NCBI GenBank assembly: GCA_965287045.1 | Contig: OZ336888.1 | Location: 17,670,001-17,734,000, forward strand | Length of the DNA: 64,000 nucleotides | Source of the DNA: Carcharhinus amblyrhynchos | Lineage: Eukaryota | Reading direction: 5' to 3' | Part shown: piece after piece, positions 13,543-24,104 of the stretch | How the letters are laid out: each line of letters opens with the position of its first letter | Position numbering within the stretch: position 1 is the first letter of the stretch | Notes under the pieces: generated by a model | Told to the model about the DNA's origin: nothing | Seen by the model: only the letters and a program-made list of their open reading frames with translations | Database searches by the model: none | Program-made: the position numbers and the translations under genes

Positions 13543-14652
13543 AGCTTATTTGAAGAATGAACCAGTCCTTGGTGTATTATTAGGAAGCTCTTTGAATAAG
13601 CATACTATGGATTTGCAGGATGTGACTGTGAGCTGTGGGGATTGTCTGCTGCTTCAGCACTGAAATTATGGCATTAGCATTGCACTGTAACAAGGGGCTT
13701 GGCGAGCCTGCTGAGTAAAGACATGCAGTGAATGCATCCTGCCCATACTGTCATGTCCCTAAGACAGGAAAAATACTATCACCTGTTTTAATCAAACCTT
13801 ACCTTTCTGCTTATTTACAAAGTTGCTGAGTTGATAGTGAGATGAGGTTGGTACACAAAGACTTCAGCAAATGGTGACAGGAATCTCAGAGAAACAGGTT
13901 TTGAGGACACTTAGATTTGATGCATGCCGTTGGTCAGCCTGGAGTCCTGCTGTAATGTTTGCAGACTTGTAGGTTAAATAACACACTCAGCTTCAAGTCT
14001 AGAAATGTAATATTTAAACTTTCCAAAGGCCAGAAACTTAGTTCATATGATGTTGCCCATAAATGAGCTAGTTGCAGCTAACAAATAGTTCCTTTGCTTC
14101 TTGTCAAAATTCATTTTTACCCAAGGAGGTAAACTGTGGCGATTAACACCTCTGTAGGTATAACAGGGTTCAATGGCTTTCCCGTTGTTACAGAAGCAGT
14201 CAGGGAGACATGATTGCCTGTGGGTCCCTGGTATTGCTGATTTTAGGTGAGGGTTGAGCTTTAGTCCTGCAACGGTTGTTGAAAATTTGAAGAAACTGTT
14301 GCCAACTTGTGAATCGTGTGATCTGTAGCAGGCAACTTTAAACTCAGCAAAGTCCACTTTGTAAATAAGCAGAAAGGTAAGGTTTGATTAAAACAGGTGA
14401 TAGTATTTTTCCTGTCTTAGGGACATGACAGTATGGGCAGGATGCATTCACTGCATGTCTTTACTCAACAGGCTCGCCAAGCACCTTGGTGTAAAGACCC
14501 TTTGTTACAGTGCTATACTAATGCAATAATTTCAGTGCCGGAGCAGCAGGCAATATCCTCAGCTCACAGTCACATCCTGCAAACCCATAGTGTGCTTATT
14601 CAAAGAACTTCCTAATAATACACCGAGGACTGGTTCATTCCTCAAATAAGCT
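13543..14652. repeat. Inverted repeat; arms 13543-13832 and 14341-14652, spacer ~510 bp
   Basis: 13712-13823 is the exact reverse complement of 14356-14467; the outer parts of the arms are diverged. Confidence 0.95.
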
Positions 14653-15582
14653 GGTATCCTGGGGCATGTGCCTTTTGCACACTATCCCTTCTGTCTTTGT
14701 GAAGTTGGCATGCAATGGACAGGAGGGGGAGAAGTGCAACCCCATTCCTGCGAGCTACGAGCCCCAAGAGGAGAAGACCCTCAAGCTCCAATTTCACCAC
14801 AGTTTGCAGCGCATGCCTAGGTCAGCTAACGTTTATCTACAGTGAGCTCCTACTTGAGTAAACTCATTCCAAGGCAGCACTAAGCTGACTAAAACATCCA
14901 TTTGTAAACTATTTTTCATGCCATAAATCTTTAATCAAAATTGTTAAAAGAAATGAAGCTATTAGCAGTGCAAGGCGAAGGGGCCTAACATTCAGCCATT
15001 ACATCTTGCCTGAACCCAGCTGCTTCAGGTTTATTGTTTATTAATTGAAAAATGTTTGTGCAATAGTGTAAGAGTTTGAAGCTCTCATGATCTTATTAAG
15101 TTGGAATTTGCACCAAAGGTTCACCCTGGGAAGCTTGCCTGCATTATCTTTGCTCTTAGAATTTGGCCAGTTTGATTTAATTTTAACTCTGAACTATCCA
15201 GCCCATTGCAGGCTTTTCTTTACTCCCTGATATGTGCCCCAAACCATGAATCTTCAACTAAATGCAGGTAGGGATTTCATTGGGCGGTGCAGGCTACAGC
15301 TTCCAAACTGCTCCAATTTCTACCCTTCTTACGTTTGATCTTAATGATCTCAGAAGTGAGAAATTCAGAACTCATATACAGGACTTTTTTCTCTGCCTAG
15401 AATGGTAAAAGACCACCCATAACGCTGTCTATTGATTCTGGAGCCCTGGTATTACAAATTTTGAGTCCTGTTGGGTTCAGTGCCATTGGCCAGTCCAATA
15501 ACTGAGTCTTGCATGTGGAATGGAGTGAAAGATCACTGCTAAAATCTTTTAAAATTAATAAAATGATTAATGGATATAATTA

Positions 15583-15918
15583 TAGAATCACATAATTCCT
15601 ACATTGGAAAAGCAGGCCATTCAGTTCATCAAGTCTGCACTGACTCTCCAACAAAGCATTTTACCCAGACCCTATACCTGTAACCCTATGTATTTTAACT
15701 GTTAACCCAGCTAGTCTTTGGAACTAAGGGACAATTTAGCATGGCCTAATCACCTAATCTGCACATCTTTGGACTGTGGGAAGAAACCAGAACACTCAGA
15801 AGAAATGCACGCAGACACGGGGAGAACATGCAGACTCCACACAGACAGTGACCCAAGGTTGGAATTGAACCCGGGTCCCTGGCACTGTGAGGCAGCAGGG
15901 CTAACCACTGTGCTGCCC
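15583..15918 (-). mobile_element. HE1-like V-SINE
   Basis: Full head, core and tail in reverse complement. Confidence 0.88.
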
Positions 15919-18412
15919 ATAATAATGAGCCCCTTGTGTCTGTATTGGATACTATGACTTGCACAGTTTGCAACATGCATTTCTCCTATTGTTTGGAAGT
16001 TAGACTGAAAAGTGCTTCAATGAGACAGGATACAACTATGAATTGGCAATCTTTACACAAAATCAATATGAAATACATTGATTTCATTTCACTGTCAGCA
16101 ACATGGGAAAGTAACAACATGAATCCTTCTTTTGCTGTAATGCGCTAAACTCACTTTGGCCAGCAAATCCTGGTCCAAGGTACATTAACATTTCTCAGTT
16201 CAGGTCGTAAGTGCTCAAGCCTATGTGAAATCGCTCCCAGCCTCTCTCCTTGTGCCAGATTTGGAACATGTTTACTCCACAGAGAGAAGATTCCTAAAGC
16301 TTAAACCCTATCCCGCACACAACCCCTGATTTAATGGATATAATTATAGAATCACATAATTCTGACAATGGAAAAGCAGGCCATTCGGGGGGGTGGGGGG
16401 GTGGGGTGCTTATCAAACAGCCAGTAAGAATCATCATCTTAAATGAGGATCTCCTCTCCTTGGTGTGAGCGACAGAGAATCTACATTACTTATTTCACTT
16501 GAATCCTTGCCATTCTCAATGCATGAATACTTTCAATAATTCAAAAGTGTGTGACGTCTCAAATCAATCTGATATGCAAACAATTTGGAGATGGCTGGTA
16601 TTCTGGAAAATAGACCCAAAGCAACTTCAAAAGATAATGTGTGTGTTTCTGGGAGATCTCCCCGCCCCCGCCAGCCCTTGAAAACTGAATTTAATTTCAT
16701 GACAACACTTCAATATGAAATGACCTGAAAATTTGTGCTAGACCGCTGTGCCACCATGTCACCCATAATAACGAACCCCTCAAATACCTACTTAGATAAT
16801 GTGCATAAAATGACACTTACATTTCCCAAGGCAAGTAATTCTTCTGCAGGATGCATTCTACACACACCACTGAAGAGAGGGGTAATCCTACTTTTAAACT
16901 CTTTGTGACATACACGGAAAAGGCCAGCACCGTCATTCTGCTGTTGCCGAGGTCAGTGGCATCTTGTCAACACCAGGTTAGTGACTGTCACCTTGTCATC
17001 CTTTGAAGCATCCTAAAGACCCAAGCTTCCACCCCAGCTTCTTTACACGGAAGAGCGAATGCTCATTCATTCTTGGTTCCTCCTTGTCTTCTGAAGATCC
17101 AGCACAGTAATGACTGACACAAAAGGACGACAAAATGATGGTGATGATGAGGAGGAGGAAGAACAAAGAATTACTACTTCTTGGATGAATAAATGATAGA
17201 AAGAATGGTGAATCAAGAGGGAGGTGATAGTGGAATCTGCTCAAAATTTTTGTCCCATGTTCATTTGCTCCAACCCTCCGCATTTTACCTTGTGTATCAC
17301 TCACAGACACCAGCTTAGTTACTTCCCACCTGGGGTAAAATAATGCAACATTAGTGAGAATGTGTCTTTTGATGATTCACAGAGAAAGAGGACAGGAAGT
17401 GTGCGAAGGTGTACTAGATTCCTACAGAAGCAAAGGAGAAGTACTTTCTTCTGCAAAAGGTGCATTCAAAAACTAAGTTTTAAGATTTTAAATAAAAGTA
17501 TTTTTGATTTTGTGTCATTTGCCTTGTTAGCCATCATATTTCGTAATGACACAGAGATCTGTAAAAGACTAAAATATAATGAACCCAGCTTACAGTGACA
17601 GATTGTCAAGCAAATAAGTTATTACATTTATAGTTTTGTGCATATCATGTACATGTTTCACATGAGTGGTAAAATGTTGGGGACAAAGTGAACCCAAAAT
17701 TCAAATTACTTTCTCTACAACATTATTAAGTACAGAAATATTTCCATGTTTTTGTCTGAACATAAAAAAAACAACTATCACAAGACTCCACCTGTCTTTC
17801 CTATACAAGGTAAGGCTGACCTATGGCATTGGGCCAGGAAATGCTTCCAGTTGTTGAAACAAAATGCACAGTATTTATCCCCACCACAGCACTAATCCTT
17901 CTTCTGAGATATGTGACAGAATATTAAGAGGGGCTGAAAGCATTTTGCAATGTTCAATCGTATTGGCTCATCTAAGCGAGAAGCACTTTGAAAATAGATC
18001 CTGAAGAATTATGCATGGTGGAATAAAGAAAGCAAGGAGATTGCATCACTTAAGTCCCTCAATAGAAACATCACTGACCGAGATGAACAGATGTTACGTT
18101 GTCCTGGGTAGAATCCTATCAGGAGCTTCACTCATGTGAAACAACTATTTCTGAAAAAGCATTAGGTGCAAGTGATCGACTTGACACCATTGACGGGTTT
18201 GATATACAGCTTTCTGTAAAAGGTGTTTGAAAAGGCAATCATCCCCTTAGCATCAGAAAAGACAATTGAAAAAGATCCAACTGAGGAATTGAAACAAGGT
18301 TGTGCTTAAACATCTCCATAATGCCTTGCTTTCCAATAGGAGGATGACATGAAAGATGCTAACACCATTCAATTGCACAAGGACAAAGAAAATCAGACTG
18401 TCAACTGGAGGG

Positions 18413-18975
18413 AAATAGGAATAGGAGTAGGAGTAGGCCATTCAGCCTCTTGAGCCCACTTTACCATCCAATAAGATCATGTTGATCTGTGGCCTAACTC
18501 CATGTATCTACCCTAGGTCCATATCCCTTGATACTCCTGCTCAATAAAAAATTGTTGATTTTAGACTTAAACCTAACAGTTGAACCAGAATCCACCTCCG
18601 TTTGAGGAAGAGAGTTCCAAACTTACATCTGTCTCTGCGTTATGAAGTATTTTCTAACATTCTCCTGTATGGCATGACTTTAATTTTTCAACTATGGACC
18701 CTGGTTCTAGAGTTTTCAACTAGTGAAAATAGTCTATTTTTAGTCTGTCCTCCCTGTAAATATTTTGTAGACTTTAATGAGATCACCCCTTAACTTTCTG
18801 AATTTGAGAGAACAAAAGCCTAATTTATCTAATCTCTCCTCGTAACTTAACCCCTGAAGTCCAGGTATCATTCTTGTAAACGTGCATTGAACTCCCTCCA
18901 GACCCAAAACATCCTTCCTAAGGTATAAAGTGCCTATACCTGCTCACAATAAGTGGGGTCTAACTAGGGAATTTC
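18413..18975 (-). mobile_element. CR1/HER1-like LINE 3' fragment
   Basis: aggagtaggccattcagcc tail in reverse complement, followed by degenerate ORF2 C-terminal sequence. Confidence 0.8.
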
Positions 18976-19300
18976 TCTCTGACATTTACATGGATCAGGT
19001 AGAAAGTGCTTGCTCACTGAGACATGATTCTTGTCCGAAAGCAATTGCAAGAAGTATCCGGTGTAATAAAAACTGCGTTGTTTGGCCTGTAGAAATTTTT
19101 CAACAGCATCTGATCTGGTCAACTGATGGGGTCTTTATTAAATACTGGAGAGAATTGGTTGCTCTGTTCTCACACAGCTCACCCCACCCTCCGTGGTCCT
19201 CAATATAATTTGCTCCTTCCATGAAGGTACAAACTGTCTTTAGTGCGATGATAATTCTGTTTCAAAATGCGTGGTAGCATTACCGTTCTACTGCTTTGTT

Positions 19301-19615
19301 ATCATAAAATCCCTACCATGCAAAAGGAGGCCACTTGGCCCATCAAGTCTGCACTGACCACAATCCCACCCAGGCTCCATTCCCGTAATGCCACATATTT
19401 ACCCTGCTAACCCCCTGACATTAAGGTCAATTTAGCATGGCCAATCAACCTAACCCAACACATCTTTGGACTGTGGGAGGAAACTGGAGCACCCAGAGAA
19501 AACCCACACAGACACAGGAAGATTGTGCCAACTCCACACAAACAGTGACCCAAGGCCGGATTAAATCCGGGTCTCTGGATCTGAGGTAGCAGTGCTAACC
19601 ACTGTACCATCGTGC
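19301..19615 (-). mobile_element. HE1-like V-SINE
   Basis: Full head, core and tail in reverse complement. Confidence 0.88.
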
Positions 19616-20676
19616 TAAGTACTTAGTTTATTGCTCCAAACAAGATCAGTTGGTAACCTCTTCATTATTATTCTGCACATACACCTACAATATTCCTTTA
19701 TGCCTTTGTTAGCTGCTGATGAATTTGGTAAAACCATGCACAAAATTTACATGGAAATCAATAAAGGCCAATAGAGGATGAGCAAAGTGGCGTTGAAACT
19801 TCTGCCAGAAACTATGGCTTTTTCTGCCAATATAGTGCAGGACTTGAACAATAAATCAAGAGTGGGTCCCACCATCACCGACTGGGCAACCTCTGGTTCT
19901 CCCCGCCAGCATCATAGGCACTCCATGATCGAGGTGCCATTTCAAGAGAAGTCCCCAAGTCAGTGCGCTGGCATGATCCTCTTCCCCACACCCTTAAGCA
20001 ATGCAGTCATCTGGCTCCCCTAGGAGGCTAGCCTTGTCAGACCTTGAGAGATCAGTTGGGTTTCACAGCGTTCTCTGGAATGCTGCCTTGAATGGATTTT
20101 CTGATGGGTGGAAGGGATGGTTCGGGCGTAGGCTTTATGATATGTTAATGAATGTAAATGATGTTCCTGACGCTGGGAAATGTGCCTCATCACTGACAAG
20201 GCAAGGGGACAATCGAGTCAAGTGTTTATACCAACTGAAAATGAGATTCTGGCCACCGTTCTCATGATAATTTCTGCTCCGGTCACACCCGACATGATCA
20301 GGAGTAGAAAGTCCTGGTCCATCTCTCAAGAAAGCAGTGATCATGGTGTAAAGCATGTTGAATGTACCAGGGGTTTTAACAGCTAACAGTATACTCGAGC
20401 TGTAGTCAGAGTTCAGCTCAGTGGGATTAGCTGTATTTAGTAACTTGTCCGTAGATGTGAAGCTAAGCTCTCGCATTGAAAAAGCAGCCTATTTACCCGC
20501 ATGCCCACATGGCCATGGACTGTCACCGTCTTCCATAGGCCATCAGCTCCTTTTCAGCCAGAGGAACTAAAAAGTGGTCTGGCAGTTAAATAGCACCAAA
20601 AATAACTTTGCATCAGAAAACCACTGTGATTACAATTGAACCCCATTTCATAGAATAGAATCTCTACAGTGCAGAA

Positions 20677-21415
20677 CCATAGAAAATTACAGCTCAGAAA
20701 CAGGCCTTTTGGCCCTTCAGGTCTGTGCCGAACCATTTTTTGCCTGGTATCACTGACCTGCACTTGAACCATATCCCTCCACACCCCTCTCATCCATGAA
20801 CCCATCCAAGTTTTTCTTAAATGTTAAAAGTGACCCCACATTTACCACTTTATCCGGCAGCTCATTCCACACTCCCACCACTCTCTGTGTGAAGAAGCCC
20901 TCCCTAATATCCCCTTCAAACTTTTCTCCTTTCACCCTTAACCCATGACCTCTGGTTTTTTTTCTCCCCTAGCCTCAGTGGAAAAAGCCTGCTTGCATTC
21001 ACTCTATCGATACCCATTAAAATCTTATACACCTCTATCGAATCTCCCCTCATTCTTCTAGGCTCCAGGGAATAAAGTCCTAACCTATTCAATCTCTCTC
21101 TGTAACTCAGCTTCTCAAATCCCGGCAACATCCTCGTGAACCTTCTCTGCGCTTTTTCAACTTCCTTCCTGTAACTAGGTGACCAAAACTGTACACAATA
21201 CTCTAAACTTGGCCTCACCAATGCCTTATATAACCTTACGATAACATTCCAACTTTTATACTTGATACTCCAATTTATAAAGGCAAATGTACCAAAAGCA
21301 GTCTTTATCACCCTATCCACGTGTGATGTCAGTATTAGAGAATTCTGTACCTGTATTCCCAGATCCCGCTGTTCAACTGCACTCTTCAGAGTCCTACCAT
21401 TTAGCCTGTACTTTC
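20677..21415 (-). mobile_element. Relatively young CR1/HER1-like LINE, 5'-truncated, ORF2 C-terminus
   Basis: ORFs 20916..21320 (LYKALVRPSLEYCVQFWSP...RRMRGD.IEVYKI) and 20750..20935 (FFTQRVVGVWNELP) carry canonical CR1 ORF2 motifs. Confidence 0.93.
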
Positions 21416-21425
21416 AAATTTATTG

Positions 21426-21961
21426 GGGAAAAAAACCTTCCCGGGGGTCACTGGGGCCTACTTTCTGTTTCTCACTCCCAGTTTGAAAAAAAACCCCCCC
21501 AAAAAAAGTAAGGTAAAAATCCCTTGTACCTTCAAGCTTTTTGTAATGAACCTCCACTCCAACTTCAGCTCTGGAAACAATGAGGTCGAATCCTCTAAGG
21601 CAAACTCCTTGTAAAGGGAAAAAAAACCTTCCCAGGGGTCACTGGGGCCTACTTCCTGTTTTACACTCCCAGTTTGAAAAAAAACTCCAAAAAAAGTAAG
21701 GTAAAAACCCCTCGTACCTTCAAGCTTTTTGTAATGAGTCTCCACTCCAGCTTCTCCTTTGGAAATAATGAGGTCGAATCCTCTAAGGCAAGCTCCTTTC
21801 AAAGGGAAAAAAACCTTCCCAGGGGTCACTGGTGCCTACTTCCTGTTTTACATTCCCAGTTTGAAAAAAACCTCCAAAAAAAGTAAGGTAAAAATTCCTT
21901 ATACCTTCAAGCTTTTTGTAATGAGTCTCCACTCCAACTTCTCCTCTGGAAACAGTGAGGT
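21426..21961. repeat. Satellite-like tandem repeat, ~189-bp unit, about 2.8 copies
   Basis: Units start at 21426, 21616 and 21804 (gggaaaaaaacctt...); one AAGCTT per unit; A and C tracts. Confidence 0.92.
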
Positions 21962-22250
21962 CAGAAGGAGGCCATTCAGCACATTGAGCCTGCATCAACC
22001 CCAACAATCCCACCCAGGCCTTATCCCTGTAACACCACATATTTACCCTGCTTGTGCCCCTGACATTAAGAAATTTAGCATGGCGAATCCACCTAACATG
22101 CACATTTTTGGACACTACCAGGCAATTTAGCATGGCCAATCAACTTAACCCACACATCTTTGAACTATGGAAGGAAACCCACGCAGACATGGGGAGAATG
22201 TGTAAACTCCATACAATCACCGAAGGCTGGAATCGAACCTGGGTCCCTGG
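21962..22250 (-). mobile_element. HE1-like V-SINE whose tail end lies at 20649-20676 (split by an insertion)
   Basis: ...ctacagtgcagaa (20676) continues as cagaaggaggccattc (21962), which is contiguous in intact copies. Confidence 0.85.
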
Positions 22251-23791
22251 AACCGCCCCTATTTTAATGGTAACAAGCAAATGGGCTATAATAATGATGC
22301 TGTGAGAATTCAGGGATTTCTGTGTGCAACAGCTTTTGAGATTGAAGCCCAATAAGCCATTAAGAAAGCTGGTCAGATTTGAGCTCCTTCACTGTCTTAT
22401 CAGCTTAACAGGGGTTTTGCAGAAATATTATAGTTCAAATGGGATATTACCAAGACCGAACAGGAATGCAACTTTATAAATTTAGTTCACAAAGGAATTT
22501 TAAATCCTCATGATAAAGTAATTCCCGAGGAGACAACTCTGCACTGAAATATTGTTGCCCATATTTACTGCATCCACAACATTTGGAATCTGAATACTTC
22601 TGCTTCTTCATCAATTGCTTCACAGTACCTCTAACTATATTGATTTGATATAACCCAATTAAATATTCAATTCCATTGGTATTATGCTAAGGACATCAAT
22701 GTGCTGATCACCAGGAGAGTAAATGTCAAACCATTATTTATTCAGCAAAGCTGTGTGAATAAGGCAGCTTGCTTGCATATCAAATAGCTAATGTGCACTT
22801 TCATCTGCAATCTCATGCCTGCCCGATTCAGTTCGCTGTCCATCCCCCATCCTCTACGCAGCAATGAAACATCGAGAATGTGTGTCAGATGATACAGGTA
22901 GACCAACAAGACAGCTTGTTTGAAGGTTAATGGCAGAGGTTTGAACATATAGTCTGTAGGTTCGGGACGACAAGGTTTTCTTACAAGGAGTCAAGAAACT
23001 CTTCCTCTCCCTCCATCTATGCTGCATAAATGATGCTTATTTTTTCAAAGAATGATCATTTTGAAGAATGAGATCAGAATTAATTCTCAGACATGTGATT
23101 TTCAAAGCCTTTGTTAGATTAATTCAGCCCTTTTATTGATGTCACGTCAACATGCCCACAAAAGTGCTCGACTGCGTTTATGTCTCCAATGTTTAATAAT
23201 GACTTCCATTAGAGGGCTATGCAGATTGAATTTCCATTCACTTTAGCATATTTCATTTGTGAATAAGAGGTTTGTCATTTCTTCAGTGAAAGATATTAAG
23301 AATTGAAAGAAACATAAACTTTTAAAGTCACGGTTTGTGGTCATAAATTTGACTGGAGTATGAATTACTGTTAAACCCAAAGTGGGTGTAAATAAGTACA
23401 TGTGTTTCACAAGACGTAAGAGCAAGCTTTATATTTTACACTTTTGTTTAATATAGCATTTGTCACTGCTGCCTTCAGGAAATCATTACATTATTATCGA
23501 AAGGAGAATTGAAATATCATCAAGGCAGGTTGGTGATGTGGAGTCTTTAGTGATTCGGTACAGTTCTAATCGAACTGAACTAATGACCCTTTGGAGGCTG
23601 AATAATAAAGGAGGCCTCTGGTTTCTGGTTGACTTAAAACTAGCAATCGACTGAGCTTTAAATTTGGGCACCATCATTGGCGTACTTTGCAACTGTAAGT
23701 AAATTTCAAGAGGTACTTCTCCAGATGTAAACTAGTGGAACTGGCTCCGGTAGGTGGGAGAAAGTGATTCTGTCTGACAATCAAATCGAAA

Positions 23792-24027
23792 TGATGTGGA
23801 GATGCTGGTGTTGGACTGGGGTAAACACAGTAAGAAGTCTTTCAACACCAGGTTAAAGTCCAAGTCTATTTGATAGTAAACGCCACTAGCTTTCAGAAAC
23901 GCCGTTCCTTTGTCTTTCACTCACCACTTTCCGCTCATCTGACGAAGGAACAGCGTTCTGAAAACTTGTGGGTTTACTATCAAATAAACTTGTTGGACTT
24001 TAACCTGGTGTCGTGAGACTTCTTACC
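23792..24027. mobile_element. Palindromic Penelope-like element remnant (inverted pseudo-LTR ends) with hammerhead-like core
   Basis: Inverted arms 23830-23914 and 23941-24026; CTGACGA...GAAA at 23939-23963; 12-bp direct repeat ATCAAATCGAAA at 23780-23791 and 24028-24039. Confidence 0.75.
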
Positions 24028-24104
24028 ATCAAATCGAAAACAGGTTTTGACTTTTAATGAGCAGGAAGTGGTAACTTCATAAGACAGTGAAAGAAATTGT
24101 GAAG

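Noticed and set aside
16991-17113. Acceptor/donor-like pair downstream of ANKS1B
   Set aside because: All frames hit stops and there is no resemblance to the alternative mammalian C-terminus as I recall it; cannot be supported without RNA data.
21426-21961. Repeat array considered as CRISPR-like or coding (ORFs 21458..21829, 21759..22130)
   Set aside because: Whole units repeat with no unique spacers, there are no cas genes, and the context is vertebrate; the ORFs are low-complexity by-products.
1-23700. Expected tail-to-tail neighbour APAF1 (human synteny)
   Set aside because: I could not find WD40/APAF1-like exons by eye; a tBLASTn search would be needed to exclude them.
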